Shown: positions 35,594 to 46,072, numbered from the stretch's first letter. The stretch is 64,000 bases of DNA from Gammaproteobacteria bacterium (GCA_003567475.1 PWZL01000101.1:5644-69643); one strand, 5' to 3'. The notes: a model not told the origin generated them from the letters alone. Program-made: numbers and translations.

Positions 35594-36514
35594 GTGCTGC
35601 GGTATACCCTGTCGCGGCTGCTGGGCGCGATTCCCACCCTGCTCATCCTGATCGCTCTGGCGTTCTTCATGATCCGTGTCGCCCCCGGCGGGCCATTCGA
35701 CACGGAGCGGGCACTGCCGCCCGAGATCGAGGCCAATCTGCGCGCCGCCTACCACCTCGACGAGCCGCTCTATCAGCAGTTCGCCCGCTATCTCGGCGGC
35801 CTGATGCGCGGCGACTTCGGTCCGTCCTTCCAGTACAAGGACTTCACGGTGACCGAACTCATCGGCACCGGATTTCCGGTGTCGCTGCGGCTGGGTGGCA
35901 GCGCAATCCTGCTCGCTTTGCTCATCGGTGTGACGGTGGGCACGATTGCCGCACTGCGCCAGAACACCCGCACCGACTACACCGTCATGGCGGTTTCCAT
36001 GACCGGCATCTCGATACCCAATTTCGTGATGGCGCCGCTGCTCATCCTGCTGTTCGCGGTGACCCTCGGCTGGCTGCCGGCGGGGGGCTGGGGAGGCGGC
36101 GCCTGGAATCACATGCTGCTGCCGGTGATCGCGCTGGCCCTGCCGCAGGTGGCCTACATCTCGAGGCTTACACGCGGCAGCATGATCGAAGTGCTGCGCA
36201 GTAATTTCGTCCGTACCGCGCGTGCCCAAGGCCTGCCCGAGCGCACCGTGATCCTGCGCTATGCGCTGAAACCGGCGCTGCTGCCGGTGATGTCCTATCT
36301 GGGGCCCGCGACGGCCGCCGTCATCACCGGCTCTGTGGTGATCGAGCAGATTTTCGGCGTGCCAGGGCTCGGCCGTTATTTCGTGCAGGGTGCGCTCAAC
36401 CGTGACTACACGCTGGTGATGGGCGTGGTGGTGTTCTACGGCGTGCTGATCATCCTGTTCAATCTTGTGGTCGATCTGTTCTATGCCTGGCTGGACCCCA
36501 AGGTGAAATACTGA
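35594..36514 (+). CDS. Peptide ABC transporter permease (OppB/DppB-like)
   Basis: MLRYTLSRLLGAIPTLLILIALAFFMIRVAPGGPF N-terminus and an EAA-loop region. Confidence 0.88.
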   Translation: MLRYTLSRLLGAIPTLLILIALAFFMIRVAPGGPFDTERALPPEIEANLRAAYHLDEPLYQQFARYLGGLMRGDFGPSFQYKDFTVTELIGTGFPVSLRLGGSAILLALLIGVTVGTIAALRQNTRTDYTVMAVSMTGISIPNFVMAPLLILLFAVTLGWLPAGGWGGGAWNHMLLPVIALALPQVAYISRLTRGSMIEVLRSNFVRTARAQGLPERTVILRYALKPALLPVMSYLGPATAAVITGSVVIEQIFGVPGLGRYFVQGALNRDYTLVMGVVVFYGVLIILFNLVVDLFYAWLDPKVKY

Positions 36515-37425
36515 TGTCGCGCCAGCTGCCAGGCATGGGCGTGCCTTCCGCTGAAGGCACGTTCGCCGAGGAGGTGAAAGGCCGCAGTCTCTGGGTCGAT
36601 GCCTGGAACGTGCTCAAGCGGAACCGGGCCGCCATGCTGTCGGCCTGTCTCATCGTATTCATGGCGGTGCTGGTGGTGATCGGGCCCTGGCTGTCGCCTT
36701 ACACCTACGCCCAGACCGACTGGGACAACATCTCGATCGGCCCCGACTGGGCGTCGCGGCACATTTTCGGCACCGATGCGCTTGGCAGAGATCTGTTCGT
36801 GCGCACGCTCCATGGCGGCCGCATCTCCTTGATGATCGGCATCGTGGCCACGATGGTGAGCCTGATCATCGGTATCAGTTACGGCGCGACCGCGGGGTAT
36901 CTCGGCGGTCGCGTAGACCACGTCATGATGCGTATCGTCGACATCCTCTACGCCATGCCCTTCATGTTCTTCGTGATCCTGCTGATGGTGTTTTTCGGGC
37001 GCAACATCATTCTGATTTTCGTCGCGATCGGTGCGATCAACTGGCTGGACATGGCCCGTATCGTCCGCGGCCAGACCCTGTCTCTGAAACGCAAGGAATT
37101 CGTCGAGGCCGCCGAGGCTCAGGGCGTGTCGACGTTCAACATCATCCGTCGACACATCGTGCCCAACCTGCTGGGGGTGGTGGCCGTCTACGTCACGCTG
37201 ACCATTCCACAGGTGATCCTGGTGGAGAGCTTCCTCAGCTTCCTCGGCCTGGGCGTGCAGGAGCCGATGACCTCCTGGGGCGCGCTGGTCAACGAGGGTG
37301 CCCAGGAGATGGAGACGGCACCCTGGATGCTGGTTTTCCCGGCGGTGTTCCTCGCCACCACGCTGTTCTGCTTCAATTTCGTGGGCGACGGGTTGCGTGA
37401 TGCGCTCGATCCGAAGGACCGCTGA
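36514..37425 (+). CDS. Peptide ABC transporter permease (OppC/DppC-like)
   Basis: Start overlaps the upstream stop (TGATG). HIFGTDALGRDLF and a binding-protein-dependent transport signature. Confidence 0.88.
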   Translation: MSRQLPGMGVPSAEGTFAEEVKGRSLWVDAWNVLKRNRAAMLSACLIVFMAVLVVIGPWLSPYTYAQTDWDNISIGPDWASRHIFGTDALGRDLFVRTLHGGRISLMIGIVATMVSLIIGISYGATAGYLGGRVDHVMMRIVDILYAMPFMFFVILLMVFFGRNIILIFVAIGAINWLDMARIVRGQTLSLKRKEFVEAAEAQGVSTFNIIRRHIVPNLLGVVAVYVTLTIPQVILVESFLSFLGLGVQEPMTSWGALVNEGAQEMETAPWMLVFPAVFLATTLFCFNFVGDGLRDALDPKDR

Positions 37426-37461
37426 GCTGCGGGCCCGGGTGGCCGGGCCGGAGAGGCTGTG

Positions 37462-39384
37462 ATGTCCCTGCTGACCGTCAATCGACTCAACGTGCGCTTT
37501 CATACGCCTGATGGCGAGGTGCACGCCGTCCGCGACCTGTCGTTCGCGATGGCGGCAGGGGAGACCCTGGGGATTGTCGGCGAATCCGGTTCGGGCAAGA
37601 GCCAGACGATGATGGCAGTCATGGGCCTGCTGGCGGCCAATGGCCGGGTGGAGGGCTCGGTATGCTACCGCGGTGAGGAACTGGTGGGCATGCCGGTGGC
37701 GCAGTTGCGGGCGATCCGGGGCCGGAAGATCTCGATGATCTTCCAGGATCCGATGACCTCCATGAACCCCTACATGACGGTATTCGACCAGATGGCGCAA
37801 GTGCTGATTCACCACGAGGGTCTCAGCCGTCGCGCCGCGCGCAGCCGCTGCGTCGAGATGCTGGAGGCGGTGCGTATCCCCGAGGCCGGTCGGCGCATCG
37901 ACATGTACCCGCACGAATTCTCCGGCGGTATGCGCCAGCGGGTGATGATCGCCTCGGCACTGCTCTGTCGCCCGGATCTGCTCATCGCTGACGAACCGAC
38001 CACAGCCCTGGATGTCACGGTCCAGGCCCAGATCCTCGATCTCATGCGCGAGGTGCGTCGGGAATTCGGCACCGCCATCATCCTGATCACCCACGATCTG
38101 GGCGTGGTGGCGGGACTGTGCGAACGCGTGCTGGTGATGAACGGCGGCCAGGAGATGGAGTCCGGTCCGGTCCGCGACATCTTCTACCGGCCGCAGCACC
38201 TCTACACGCGCGCCTTGCTGGCTGCGGTGCCCCGGTTGGACGAGCAGGAAATCCGTCGCCTGGCGACGATCGAGGCCGCGGGTGGCGCCCGCGCCGCGGC
38301 CAACAGTCTCGCGACGGAGGCCGGCGAGGCTGCAGCGCCCGGCGAGACCGTCGCCCGTTCCGAGCCGGACCCGAGTGCGCCCCCGCTACTCGATGTCAGC
38401 GACCTGCGCGTACACTTTCGCCTGACGCCCCCCTCGTTGTTCGCCGCCGCGCCACTGCTCAAGGCCGTCGATGGCGTCGATCTCGTCCTCAGGCCCGGTG
38501 AGACCTTGGGCGTGGTCGGCGAGTCGGGTTGCGGCAAGTCGACCCTGGCGCGCGCGGTGCTTCGCCTGGTGCCGGCCACGACCGGACGGATCAGCCTGCT
38601 TGGTGACGACATCACCACCCTGGACCGCCTGGCGATGCGCACCCATCGCCGTGACATGCAGGTGATCTTCCAGGACCCGCTGGCCTCGCTGAACCCCCGC
38701 ATGACCGTCGGTGACATCGTCGCCGAGCCACTGCATACCCACTACCCGCGCACGCCCCGCAAAGAGGTCCGTGATCGCGTCTCGCGCATGCTTACGCGGG
38801 TGGGGCTGGGTCCGCAGATCATCAACCGTTATCCCCACGAATTCTCGGGTGGGCAGTGCCAGCGCATCGGGATCGCCCGGGCGCTGGTGCTGGAGCCCGA
38901 ACTGGTGGTCTGCGATGAGCCGGTCAGCGCGCTGGATGTCTCCATCCAGGCGCAGATCGTCAACCTGCTGATGGATATCCAGGCCGAGATGAATCTCGCA
39001 CTGATCTTCATCGCCCATGACCTGGCCGTCGTGCGCCACATCAGCCATCGCATCATGGTGATGTATCTCGGTCGGGTGGCGGAGATCTCGGACCGCGTGG
39101 CGCTGTACGAACGACCGATGCACCCCTATACCCAGGCGCTCATCCGGTCGGTACCGATTCCCGATCCGGACCGCGAAAGAGACAAGGCCTACCGCCCGCT
39201 GCAGGGCGATCTGCCCTCGCCAGTGGACCCGCCTTCAGGCTGCGCGTTTCGTACACGCTGCCCCCATGTGGTGGCCCGTTGCGCCGAGGAGGTGCCGGTA
39301 CTCCGGCAGGTGGGCGACAGCCTGGTCGCCTGTCATGAGGCCGAGCGGGTGCGCGCGGCGATCGATCGGGGCGAGGCGGCCTGA
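37462..39384 (+). CDS. Fused duplicated ATP-binding protein of the peptide ABC transporter (OppD-OppF fusion, YejF-like)
   Basis: Two complete ABC cassettes (GESGSGKS ... LIADEPTTALD and GESGCGKST ... VVCDEPVSALD) are joined by an Ala/Glu-rich linker. C-terminal oligopeptide-type extension (CAFRTRCP). Confidence 0.88.
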   Translation: MSLLTVNRLNVRFHTPDGEVHAVRDLSFAMAAGETLGIVGESGSGKSQTMMAVMGLLAANGRVEGSVCYRGEELVGMPVAQLRAIRGRKISMIFQDPMTSMNPYMTVFDQMAQVLIHHEGLSRRAARSRCVEMLEAVRIPEAGRRIDMYPHEFSGGMRQRVMIASALLCRPDLLIADEPTTALDVTVQAQILDLMREVRREFGTAIILITHDLGVVAGLCERVLVMNGGQEMESGPVRDIFYRPQHLYTRALLAAVPRLDEQEIRRLATIEAAGGARAAANSLATEAGEAAAPGETVARSEPDPSAPPLLDVSDLRVHFRLTPPSLFAAAPLLKAVDGVDLVLRPGETLGVVGESGCGKSTLARAVLRLVPATTGRISLLGDDITTLDRLAMRTHRRDMQVIFQDPLASLNPRMTVGDIVAEPLHTHYPRTPRKEVRDRVSRMLTRVGLGPQIINRYPHEFSGGQCQRIGIARALVLEPELVVCDEPVSALDVSIQAQIVNLLMDIQAEMNLALIFIAHDLAVVRHISHRIMVMYLGRVAEISDRVALYERPMHPYTQALIRSVPIPDPDRERDKAYRPLQGDLPSPVDPPSGCAFRTRCPHVVARCAEEVPVLRQVGDSLVACHEAERVRAAIDRGEAA

Positions 39385-39390
39385 CAGACG

Positions 39391-40710
39391 TCAGGGCAAG
39401 ATGCGGCCCTCGGGAGGGCTGACGGCATCGGCTGTCAGGGCGCCGATTGGCAGGCTCAAGTCGACCCCGTTGATGGTCAGCTGCCCGTCGCGGTAGCGCG
39501 CGTCAACCTGATAGCTGTCGTCACCGCTGCTGGCGAGCACCTGGAGTTCGCGCAGCGCCAGCACCGTCTCCGTGAGGACGGCCTGTCGTTGGGCGAGGGC
39601 CACGAGCCCCGCGGGGAGGCGCCAGCGCGTGTGGAGGGTCGCCTGGTCCGGCAGTGGCCACGGCTTGCCCGTACCGGTCGGGTCTGTCGATGTCCGCGGG
39701 CCCATTTCCAGCAGCAGGCTGCCCTCCAGCGGTCCGTAATGCAGCTCGGCCCGCACCGGGTCGAGGACCACGCGCCCACCAGTGGCGAGTAGCGGCGGCC
39801 CCTCCGCGCGCCCACCGCTGGTCAGCGCCCGGAAGGCGGCGAGCGATAGTCCCTCGACGTCCAGATGCGCCGACAGCCCACGCGACTCGCGCCCGAGCAG
39901 CGAGAATGTGGCCGCACGGGCGGTGACCGCCAGCCCCAGTCGGTCCTCGAGCCGCACGCTGTCGAGGTCCAGCGTCAGCTGGCGCGCAAACGTCTGTCCA
40001 CGGGGTGCCCGCCGACTCCAGGCCCGCAACCGCGCCGTCTCCAGCCGCAGCTCCGCCTGCCAGTGGTCGGCGCGGGTTTGCCGGCGGGCCCGCAGCGACA
40101 GCCGACCGTCATCCAGCGCGATGCTGCCCTCGACACTCCGGAGTTCGCCCCCGGGCAGCTGACCTTCGATCACCCATTCGCGATACGCCCGGTCGACCGC
40201 CAGGGTGAATTCCCCCCCGAAAAGGTCCAGCCCCCCATAGCTTTCGGTGAAATCCACCGCCAACGGCCGCACGGACACGCGGCTGTCGATGCCACCGCGG
40301 AACGCCAGGCGCGAGCGCGCCGAGCCGCTGACCCGCGCGCTGCCGGCGCTGTCGCCCAGGGTGAACTGTGAGTCGATATGCGCCAGTGCGGCGCCGCCAC
40401 CACGACCGGGAAATGGCCCATGGCGATGTCGGGAGACGACTTCGAGTTCGACGCGGGGCGCGGAAGACCCTGCAGCCCAGCCGGCCTGCGCAAGTCGCCG
40501 CCCGCTGTCAACCACCAGCACCTGGCGGCTGTCGGAGTGCCACCAGCCGCGGTGGAATTCCGACCGACTGACTCGCAGCCCCGGCTGATTGGCCTGCAGG
40601 CGGGCAAGCTCCCGTCCCGCCTGGTGTTCCAGCAGCAGGCCCACCATCCCCGGGGCGGCCAGCAGGGCCAGCGCCACCAGGCTTGCGAGTGCGACGAGGC
40701 GCAGCATCAT
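39391..40710 (-). CDS. YdgA / DUF945 family membrane-anchored protein
   Basis: N-terminal TM segment. FHRGWWHSDSR, HGPFP and C-terminal YRDGQLTINGVDLSLP parallel E. coli YdgA (YHRGVFSS, HGPFP, YANGQITLNGQKMSL). ATG at 40710 follows GGGAGGG. Confidence 0.7.
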   Translation of the reverse strand: MMLRLVALASLVALALLAAPGMVGLLLEHQAGRELARLQANQPGLRVSRSEFHRGWWHSDSRQVLVVDSGRRLAQAGWAAGSSAPRVELEVVSRHRHGPFPGRGGGAALAHIDSQFTLGDSAGSARVSGSARSRLAFRGGIDSRVSVRPLAVDFTESYGGLDLFGGEFTLAVDRAYREWVIEGQLPGGELRSVEGSIALDDGRLSLRARRQTRADHWQAELRLETARLRAWSRRAPRGQTFARQLTLDLDSVRLEDRLGLAVTARAATFSLLGRESRGLSAHLDVEGLSLAAFRALTSGGRAEGPPLLATGGRVVLDPVRAELHYGPLEGSLLLEMGPRTSTDPTGTGKPWPLPDQATLHTRWRLPAGLVALAQRQAVLTETVLALRELQVLASSGDDSYQVDARYRDGQLTINGVDLSLPIGALTADAVSPPEGRILP

Positions 40711-40893
40711 GACCCTCCCGTGGCCATCCGCGGGAATCGCGCCGCCTGGCGCCGTCCCGTCCCCGGGAGCCACTATGGGACAGTGCCCGACAACTGGCAA
40801 TCCACGCGGTCTCCGCCTACCATTACGGGCCCGAATACCCCCCCGGGACAGGAGTGTCGCGGGGCGGGAGTGTCTGCATGGAGGACTGACGGC

Positions 40894-41538
40894 GTGGCCC
40901 GATCACACACATTCTCGCTTGGCGCGCTGGCGGGCGCACTGTTGCTGGCTGCTGGCCTGGCCGGCACTCCGGCCTACGCTGAAGGCGATGCGAACCGTGG
41001 TGCGGTCCTCGCGAACACCTGCCTCGGCTGTCATGGCATCGAAGGCTATCGCAACGCCTTCCCGACCTACCGGGTGCCGAAACTCGGCGGTCAGCACGCG
41101 GAGTCGCTGTATCTTGCGCTCGTGGAGTACGCCGAGCGCCGGCGCAGTCACGCCACCATGTATGCCCAGGCCGCCACCTTCACCGACCAGGACAAGCGCG
41201 ATATGGCCGCCTTTTTCGCGGAAGCTGCGGAACTCGAGACGGGCACGCCGCGCAGCGGTCCGCGCGTCGAGCGTGGTCGGGAGAAAGCGGCAGTGTGCGC
41301 GGCCTGCCACGGTGCCAACGGTGTCAGTGTCAACCCGGAGTGGCCTACGCTTGCCGGACAGCACGAGAGCTATCTGTTCCACGCGCTGCGCCAGTATCGC
41401 AGTGGCGAGCGCCAGAACGCGATCATGGCCGGTCAGGTGCTGGCGCTGAGCGATGAAGACATGCGTGATCTCGCCGCGTTTTATGCCGCTCAGCCCGGCC
41501 TGGTCACGACGACCTCCCGCCGGATCGCGCGGCGCTGA
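40894..41538 (+). CDS. Dihaem cytochrome c4
   Basis: Two CXXCH motifs (CLGCH, CAACH), each followed by LAGQ/LGGQ and M ligand regions. Signal peptide. GTG at 40894 lies 8 nt after GGAGGA. The track ORF from 40378 overlaps the ydgA-like gene and is not credible. Confidence 0.85.
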   Translation: MARSHTFSLGALAGALLLAAGLAGTPAYAEGDANRGAVLANTCLGCHGIEGYRNAFPTYRVPKLGGQHAESLYLALVEYAERRRSHATMYAQAATFTDQDKRDMAAFFAEAAELETGTPRSGPRVERGREKAAVCAACHGANGVSVNPEWPTLAGQHESYLFHALRQYRSGERQNAIMAGQVLALSDEDMRDLAAFYAAQPGLVTTTSRRIARR

Positions 41539-41545
41539 CCGGCCC

Positions 41546-43129
41546 TCAACCCTGGGGCCGCGCTGACGGGGTATGGGACGGCGAGGCGCGTAACGTCTCC
41601 AGATAGGCGTCCGCGGAGGCCACGATGGCCTCCCGCGTCGGCCCGTCCCAGCGGTCAAGATTGCGGATGACCTGGGCCATGCGGGGATTGCGCGAGAGTG
41701 CTTCGCGGTGGCGGTCGAGAAAGCGCCAGTACAGCCGCGTGATCGGACAGGCGCGGTCACCACTGCGCAGTTTCGGATCGAACCGGCACTGCTGGCAGTA
41801 ATTGCTCATGCGTGCGGTGTAGGCACCGCTGGCAATGTAGGGTTTGGAGCTGACGATACCCCCGTCGGCGAACAGGGCCATGCCGGTGGTGTTCGGCAGC
41901 TGTACCCACTCGACGGCATCGACATACACCGCGAGAAACCAGGCATCGACCTCACGCGGATCGAGCTCGGCGAGCACGGCGAAGTTGCCGAGCACCATCA
42001 GCCGCTGGATATGGTGGGCATAGCCGTAGCGCAACGTCTGTCCGATCACCTCGGCCAGGCACCTGAGTTCGGTGTCACCGGTCCAGAACCAGTCGGGCAG
42101 GGGGCGGGCATGGCCGAAATGGTTCCGGCTGGCGTATTGCGGCATATGCAGCCAGTAGACGCCGCGCATGAATTCCCGCCAGCCCAGAATCTGCCGAATG
42201 AAGCCCTCGACAGCTGCGAGTTCGGCCGTGCCATCGCGCCACGCCTGCTCCGCGGCCCGCAGGGCCCGGCGGGGGTCGAGCAGCTTGAGGTTCAGGCTGG
42301 TCGCGATCAGGCTGTGCCAGAGAAACGGCTCGTCTGTCCACATGGCGTCCTGGTAGCGCCCGAATCCGCCGAGCCGGTGCTGGATGAAGTCGCCCAGAGC
42401 GAGTTCCGCCTGCTCGGGCGTGACGGGCCAGTCGAAGTCCTCGAGCGCCCCCGGGTGGTCGGGGAACCCCGCGGCGACCTCGTCCAGCACCTCGCGGGTG
42501 AGGGCGTCCGGTGGGAATGCGGGCGGCGCCGGGAGCTTGTCGGGTCCTGAGCGTGGCAGCGCCGCGCGGTTGTCCTGATCGAAGTTCCAGCGCCCGCCGG
42601 CAGGCTGATCGCCGTCCATCAGGACGTCATGATGGCGGCGCTGCTCGCGGTAGAAATATTCCATCCGCAGCTGCCGTCGACCCTTGGCGTGCCGGGCGAA
42701 GGCCTCACGCGCCACCAGAAAATGCCTGTCCTCGAGGACGCGGAGGCCGACCCCGGCGGCGGCGCAGGCCGCGGTGAGCGCACTCTGGACACGCCACTCG
42801 CCCGCTTCCAGCATGACGACCTCGCCGGCGTCGTGGCGGTCGATGGCGGCTGTCAGACCCTCAGCGAGTCCCGGACAGGCCTCGCGCAGCGCGGTGTAAT
42901 CGACCCGGTAGCCCTGGCGCCGCAGCCACTCGCGGTGGTGGCGCATGGCGGAGAGAAACAGCGCGATGCGCTGCCGGTGGCTCCACACATGGGTCGCCTC
43001 TCCGGTCGTCTCGACCATCACCACGATGTCCCGATCACGGTCGATCGCGGCGAGTGCGGCGCTGTCGCGTGACAGCTGGTCCCCCAGCACCAGCGCGATG
43101 CGGGGTCTGGCCTGCGCGTCCTTGTGCAT
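41546..43129 (-). CDS. FeS-BCP type (6-4) photolyase / cryptochrome (PhrB/CryB-like)
   Basis: Collinear with Agrobacterium PhrB as I recall it: LVLGDQLS, MEYFYRE, GGRWNFD, AVEGFIRQILGWREFMRGVYW, YAHHIQRLMVLGNF, and the cluster cysteines in NYCQQCRFDP...CPITRLYW. ATG at 43129. Confidence 0.88.
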   Translation of the reverse strand: MHKDAQARPRIALVLGDQLSRDSAALAAIDRDRDIVVMVETTGEATHVWSHRQRIALFLSAMRHHREWLRRQGYRVDYTALREACPGLAEGLTAAIDRHDAGEVVMLEAGEWRVQSALTAACAAAGVGLRVLEDRHFLVAREAFARHAKGRRQLRMEYFYREQRRHHDVLMDGDQPAGGRWNFDQDNRAALPRSGPDKLPAPPAFPPDALTREVLDEVAAGFPDHPGALEDFDWPVTPEQAELALGDFIQHRLGGFGRYQDAMWTDEPFLWHSLIATSLNLKLLDPRRALRAAEQAWRDGTAELAAVEGFIRQILGWREFMRGVYWLHMPQYASRNHFGHARPLPDWFWTGDTELRCLAEVIGQTLRYGYAHHIQRLMVLGNFAVLAELDPREVDAWFLAVYVDAVEWVQLPNTTGMALFADGGIVSSKPYIASGAYTARMSNYCQQCRFDPKLRSGDRACPITRLYWRFLDRHREALSRNPRMAQVIRNLDRWDGPTREAIVASADAYLETLRASPSHTPSARPQG

Positions 43130-43253
43130 GCCGATGCAACTCCCTCGTCGGTGTCTCCGCCTCGCGGCACCGTCCGCGGCCAACGCTCCGGCGGCCGGCA
43201 CGACAACGTGGCCGGCACGGGCTACACTCGGGGGCTCGACCGCGGGGGTGAGC

Positions 43254-44264
43254 ATGAACGATTTCCACGCGTATCGCATCCATCAGGAGGGCCGGGGCGT
43301 GCGGGCCGGGCTCGAGCGGATGACCGTGGCGACCCTGACCGAGGGTGAGGTGCTGGTCCGGGTGCAGTGGTCTGGGATCAATTTCAAGGACGCGCTGGCG
43401 GCCACCGGGGCAGGCAGAATCCTGCGACGGCCGTCGCTGAACGGCGGTATCGATGCGGCGGGTCGGGTGGTCGACTCGACCGACTCGCGGTTTTCGCCGG
43501 GTGACGAGGTGGTGATCACCGGCGGTGGCCTGGGAGAGACGCTGGACGGGGGCTTTGCTGAAATGCTCAGGGCACCCGCCGAGATCGTCGTCCCGCGTCC
43601 TGCGGGCCTGGATGCGCGCGAGGCGATGGCCATCGGGACTGCGGGGTTTACCGCGGCCCTGGCCGTCCACCAGCTGCAGCGGATGGGTCAGCGCCCCGAG
43701 GCCGGACCGATCGCGGTCACCGGTGCGACCGGAGGGGTCGGCAGCCTGGCCATCGACATGCTGGCCGGCCTGGGGTTCGAGGTTCATGCGGTGACCGGCA
43801 AGGCCGCGGCGGCGGACTACCTGCGCGCACTCGGCGCCCGCGAGGTCCTGCTGCGCGCGGATATCGATCCTGGCAGCCGGCCACTGGAATCGATCCGCTT
43901 TGCCGGCGCCATCGATAACCTCGGGGGTATCTGGTTGGCCTGGCTGACGCGCTGCACGGGGTTTTTTGGCAGCATCGCCAGCATCGGGCTGGCTGCTGGC
44001 GCCGGTCTGGAGACGACGGTGATGCCCTTCATCCTGCGGGGGGTGAACCTGCTCGGGATCCATTCAGTGGAGACACCGCGCGAGCTCCGGATGGACATCT
44101 GGAAGAGACTGGCCGGTGATCTGCGACCCCGGCACCTCGACCACATCGTCAGCGCCGAAGTCGATCTGGAGGGCCTGGGTACCTGCTTCGAGCCCTACCT
44201 CGCCGCCGGCGTGGTGGGCCGGACACTGGTGCGGATCGACGGAGGTCCGGCTGATGGGCGCTGA
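43254..44264 (+). CDS. acuI: Acryloyl-CoA reductase / NADPH:quinone oxidoreductase of the YhdH/AcuI family
   Basis: Collinear with E. coli YhdH: VQWSGINFKDALAATG, GIDAAG, IGTAGFTAA, VTGATGGVGS, TTVMPFILRGVNLLGI. Confidence 0.85.
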   Translation: MNDFHAYRIHQEGRGVRAGLERMTVATLTEGEVLVRVQWSGINFKDALAATGAGRILRRPSLNGGIDAAGRVVDSTDSRFSPGDEVVITGGGLGETLDGGFAEMLRAPAEIVVPRPAGLDAREAMAIGTAGFTAALAVHQLQRMGQRPEAGPIAVTGATGGVGSLAIDMLAGLGFEVHAVTGKAAAADYLRALGAREVLLRADIDPGSRPLESIRFAGAIDNLGGIWLAWLTRCTGFFGSIASIGLAAGAGLETTVMPFILRGVNLLGIHSVETPRELRMDIWKRLAGDLRPRHLDHIVSAEVDLEGLGTCFEPYLAAGVVGRTLVRIDGGPADGR

Positions 44265-45048
44265 GGCGGCCTCACCACCCCTGCTGCTGCGCCACGACGA
44301 AGGCGCGGTCTGTCGTCTGACACTGAACCGGCCGGCGCGCAGGAACCCCCTGTCGCTGGCGATGATCTCCGCCTTGCGGGAAGCGCTTGGCGAGATCGCG
44401 CGCGAGCGCACGGCCGGCGTGGTGGTGCTGGCCGCGGCCGGGCCGGTGTTCTGCGCCGGCCATGATCTGCGCGAGCTCGCCGCGTCGCGCGATCCACTGG
44501 CGACGCGCGAGATTTTCACCGCCTGCAGCGAACTCATGCTGGCGCTCCAGGCGTTGCCGCAGCCGGTGATCGCCTGCGTACAGGGCACGGCGACGGCAGC
44601 GGGCTGCCAGCTGGTCGCGAGCTGCGACCTCGCGATCGCCGCGGACAGTGCCGCGTTTGCCACGCCTGGGGTACGGATCGGGCTGTTCTGTTCAACGCCG
44701 ATGGTGGCGCTGACGCGAGCCGTACCCGCCAAGGTCGCCATGGAGATGCTGCTTACGGGAGACAGTGTCTCGGCGGCCGAGGCTGAGCGGATCGGGCTGA
44801 TCAACCGTGCCGTGCCTGCCGATCGCCTCGAGGCTGAGGTGGCGGCCTTGGCTCGCAAGGTGGCGTCGCACTCGCGCCTGGCGGTGGGCATCGGCAAGGA
44901 AGGATTCAGGCGCCAGCTGGAGCTGCCGGTGGACCGCGCCTACGACTACACCTCGGCGCTGATGGTGCGCAATATGCTTGCCGAGGACGCCGCTGAGGGC
45001 ATCGACGCGTTCCTCGCACGGCGCCCCCCGGAGTGGCGCCACCGCTAG
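44254..45048 (+). CDS. Enoyl-CoA hydratase/isomerase (crotonase) family protein
   Basis: [42 protein letters not shown], and C-terminal [14 protein letters not shown]. Overlaps the acuI stop by 11 nt. Confidence 0.85.
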   Translation: MGAEAASPPLLLRHDEGAVCRLTLNRPARRNPLSLAMISALREALGEIARERTAGVVVLAAAGPVFCAGHDLRELAASRDPLATREIFTACSELMLALQALPQPVIACVQGTATAAGCQLVASCDLAIAADSAAFATPGVRIGLFCSTPMVALTRAVPAKVAMEMLLTGDSVSAAEAERIGLINRAVPADRLEAEVAALARKVASHSRLAVGIGKEGFRRQLELPVDRAYDYTSALMVRNMLAEDAAEGIDAFLARRPPEWRHR

Positions 45049-45065
45049 CTTGCGCCGTCGCCGAT

Positions 45066-45095
45066 TTGGGAACCGGTCACGCGCTGGTCTAGAAT
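45066..45095 (+). promoter_or_regulatory. Candidate sigma70 promoter of prpBCD
   Basis: TTGGGA-N18-TAGAAT, about 95 nt upstream of the prpB ATG. No sigma54 motif was seen. Confidence 0.3.
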
Positions 45096-45190
45096 CGCCT
45101 CCGCCGTGGCGCATACACGACGCCAAGGCCACTCAGGACAGCCACTGCGCCTCGCCACATGCGGCGCCTGCTTACAAGGAGTTACCGACC

Positions 45191-46072
45191 ATGTCCGATG
45201 CGTCGTCAGCCGGCGCCCGCCTGCGCCAGGCGCTAGTCGAGGAGCGGCCGCTGCAGGTGGTGGGCACCGTCAACGCCTACAGTGCCTTGCTCGCCGAGCG
45301 AGCCGGATTTCGCGCGATCTACCTGTCAGGCGCGGGGGTGGCCAACGCCTCTTTCGGCCTGCCCGATCTGGCCATGACCACCCTCACCGACGTTTGTGAG
45401 GACGTCCGCCGGATCACCGGTGCCACCACCCTTCCGCTGCTCGTGGATGCCGACACCGGTTGGGGTCATGCGTTCATGATCTCGCGCAGCATTCGAGAAC
45501 TCGTCCGGGCCGGGGCGGCAGGCTGCCACCTGGAGGACCAGGTCAACGCCAAGCGTTGCGGGCATCGGCCCGGCAAGGCACTGGTGCCCGCCGAGGAGAT
45601 GGTCGACCGCATCAAGGCGGCCGCCGATGGTCGTGACGATCCGGAGTTCGTCATCATGGCACGCACCGATGCGCACGCGGTCGAGGGCCAGCAGGCGGCC
45701 ATCGAGCGGGCGCTGGCGTACGTCGACGCTGGCGCAGACATGATTTTCGCCGAGGCGCTGACGACGTTGGAGGAATACCGCGAATTCACCGCCAAGGTGC
45801 GTGTGCCGGTGCTGGCGAACATCACCGAATTCGGCAAGACGCCATTGTTCACCGTAGCCGAGCTCGGTGATGCCGGTGTCGGCCTGGTGCTCTACCCGCT
45901 GTCGGCGTTCCGCGCCATGAGTGCCGCGGCCGAAGCGGTATTCGCCGCCATCCGCCGCGATGGCGGCCAGCAGGCGGTCGTCGAGCGCATGCAGACCCGT
46001 GCCGAGCTCTACGATGTGCTCGGCTATCACGATTACGAGAAAAAGCTCGACGAGCTGTTCGGCTCGCGTTGA
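45191..46072 (+). CDS. prpB: 2-methylisocitrate lyase
   Basis: ICL/PEPM fold: [49 protein letters not shown]. Located upstream of prpC and prpD. Confidence 0.92.
   Translation: MSDASSAGARLRQALVEERPLQVVGTVNAYSALLAERAGFRAIYLSGAGVANASFGLPDLAMTTLTDVCEDVRRITGATTLPLLVDADTGWGHAFMISRSIRELVRAGAAGCHLEDQVNAKRCGHRPGKALVPAEEMVDRIKAAADGRDDPEFVIMARTDAHAVEGQQAAIERALAYVDAGADMIFAEALTTLEEYREFTAKVRVPVLANITEFGKTPLFTVAELGDAGVGLVLYPLSAFRAMSAAAEAVFAAIRRDGGQQAVVERMQTRAELYDVLGYHDYEKKLDELFGSR

Noticed and set aside
36481-38199. 572-aa minus-strand ORF
   Set aside because: Antisense to the oppC-like and fused ATPase genes. His/Arg/Asp-rich non-protein-like translation.
40378-40893. 172-codon N-terminal extension of the cytochrome c4 ORF
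   Set aside because: It overlaps the ydgA-like gene on the other strand and is compositionally aberrant. A GGAGGA-N8-GTG start at 40894 gives a normal signal peptide and c4 length.
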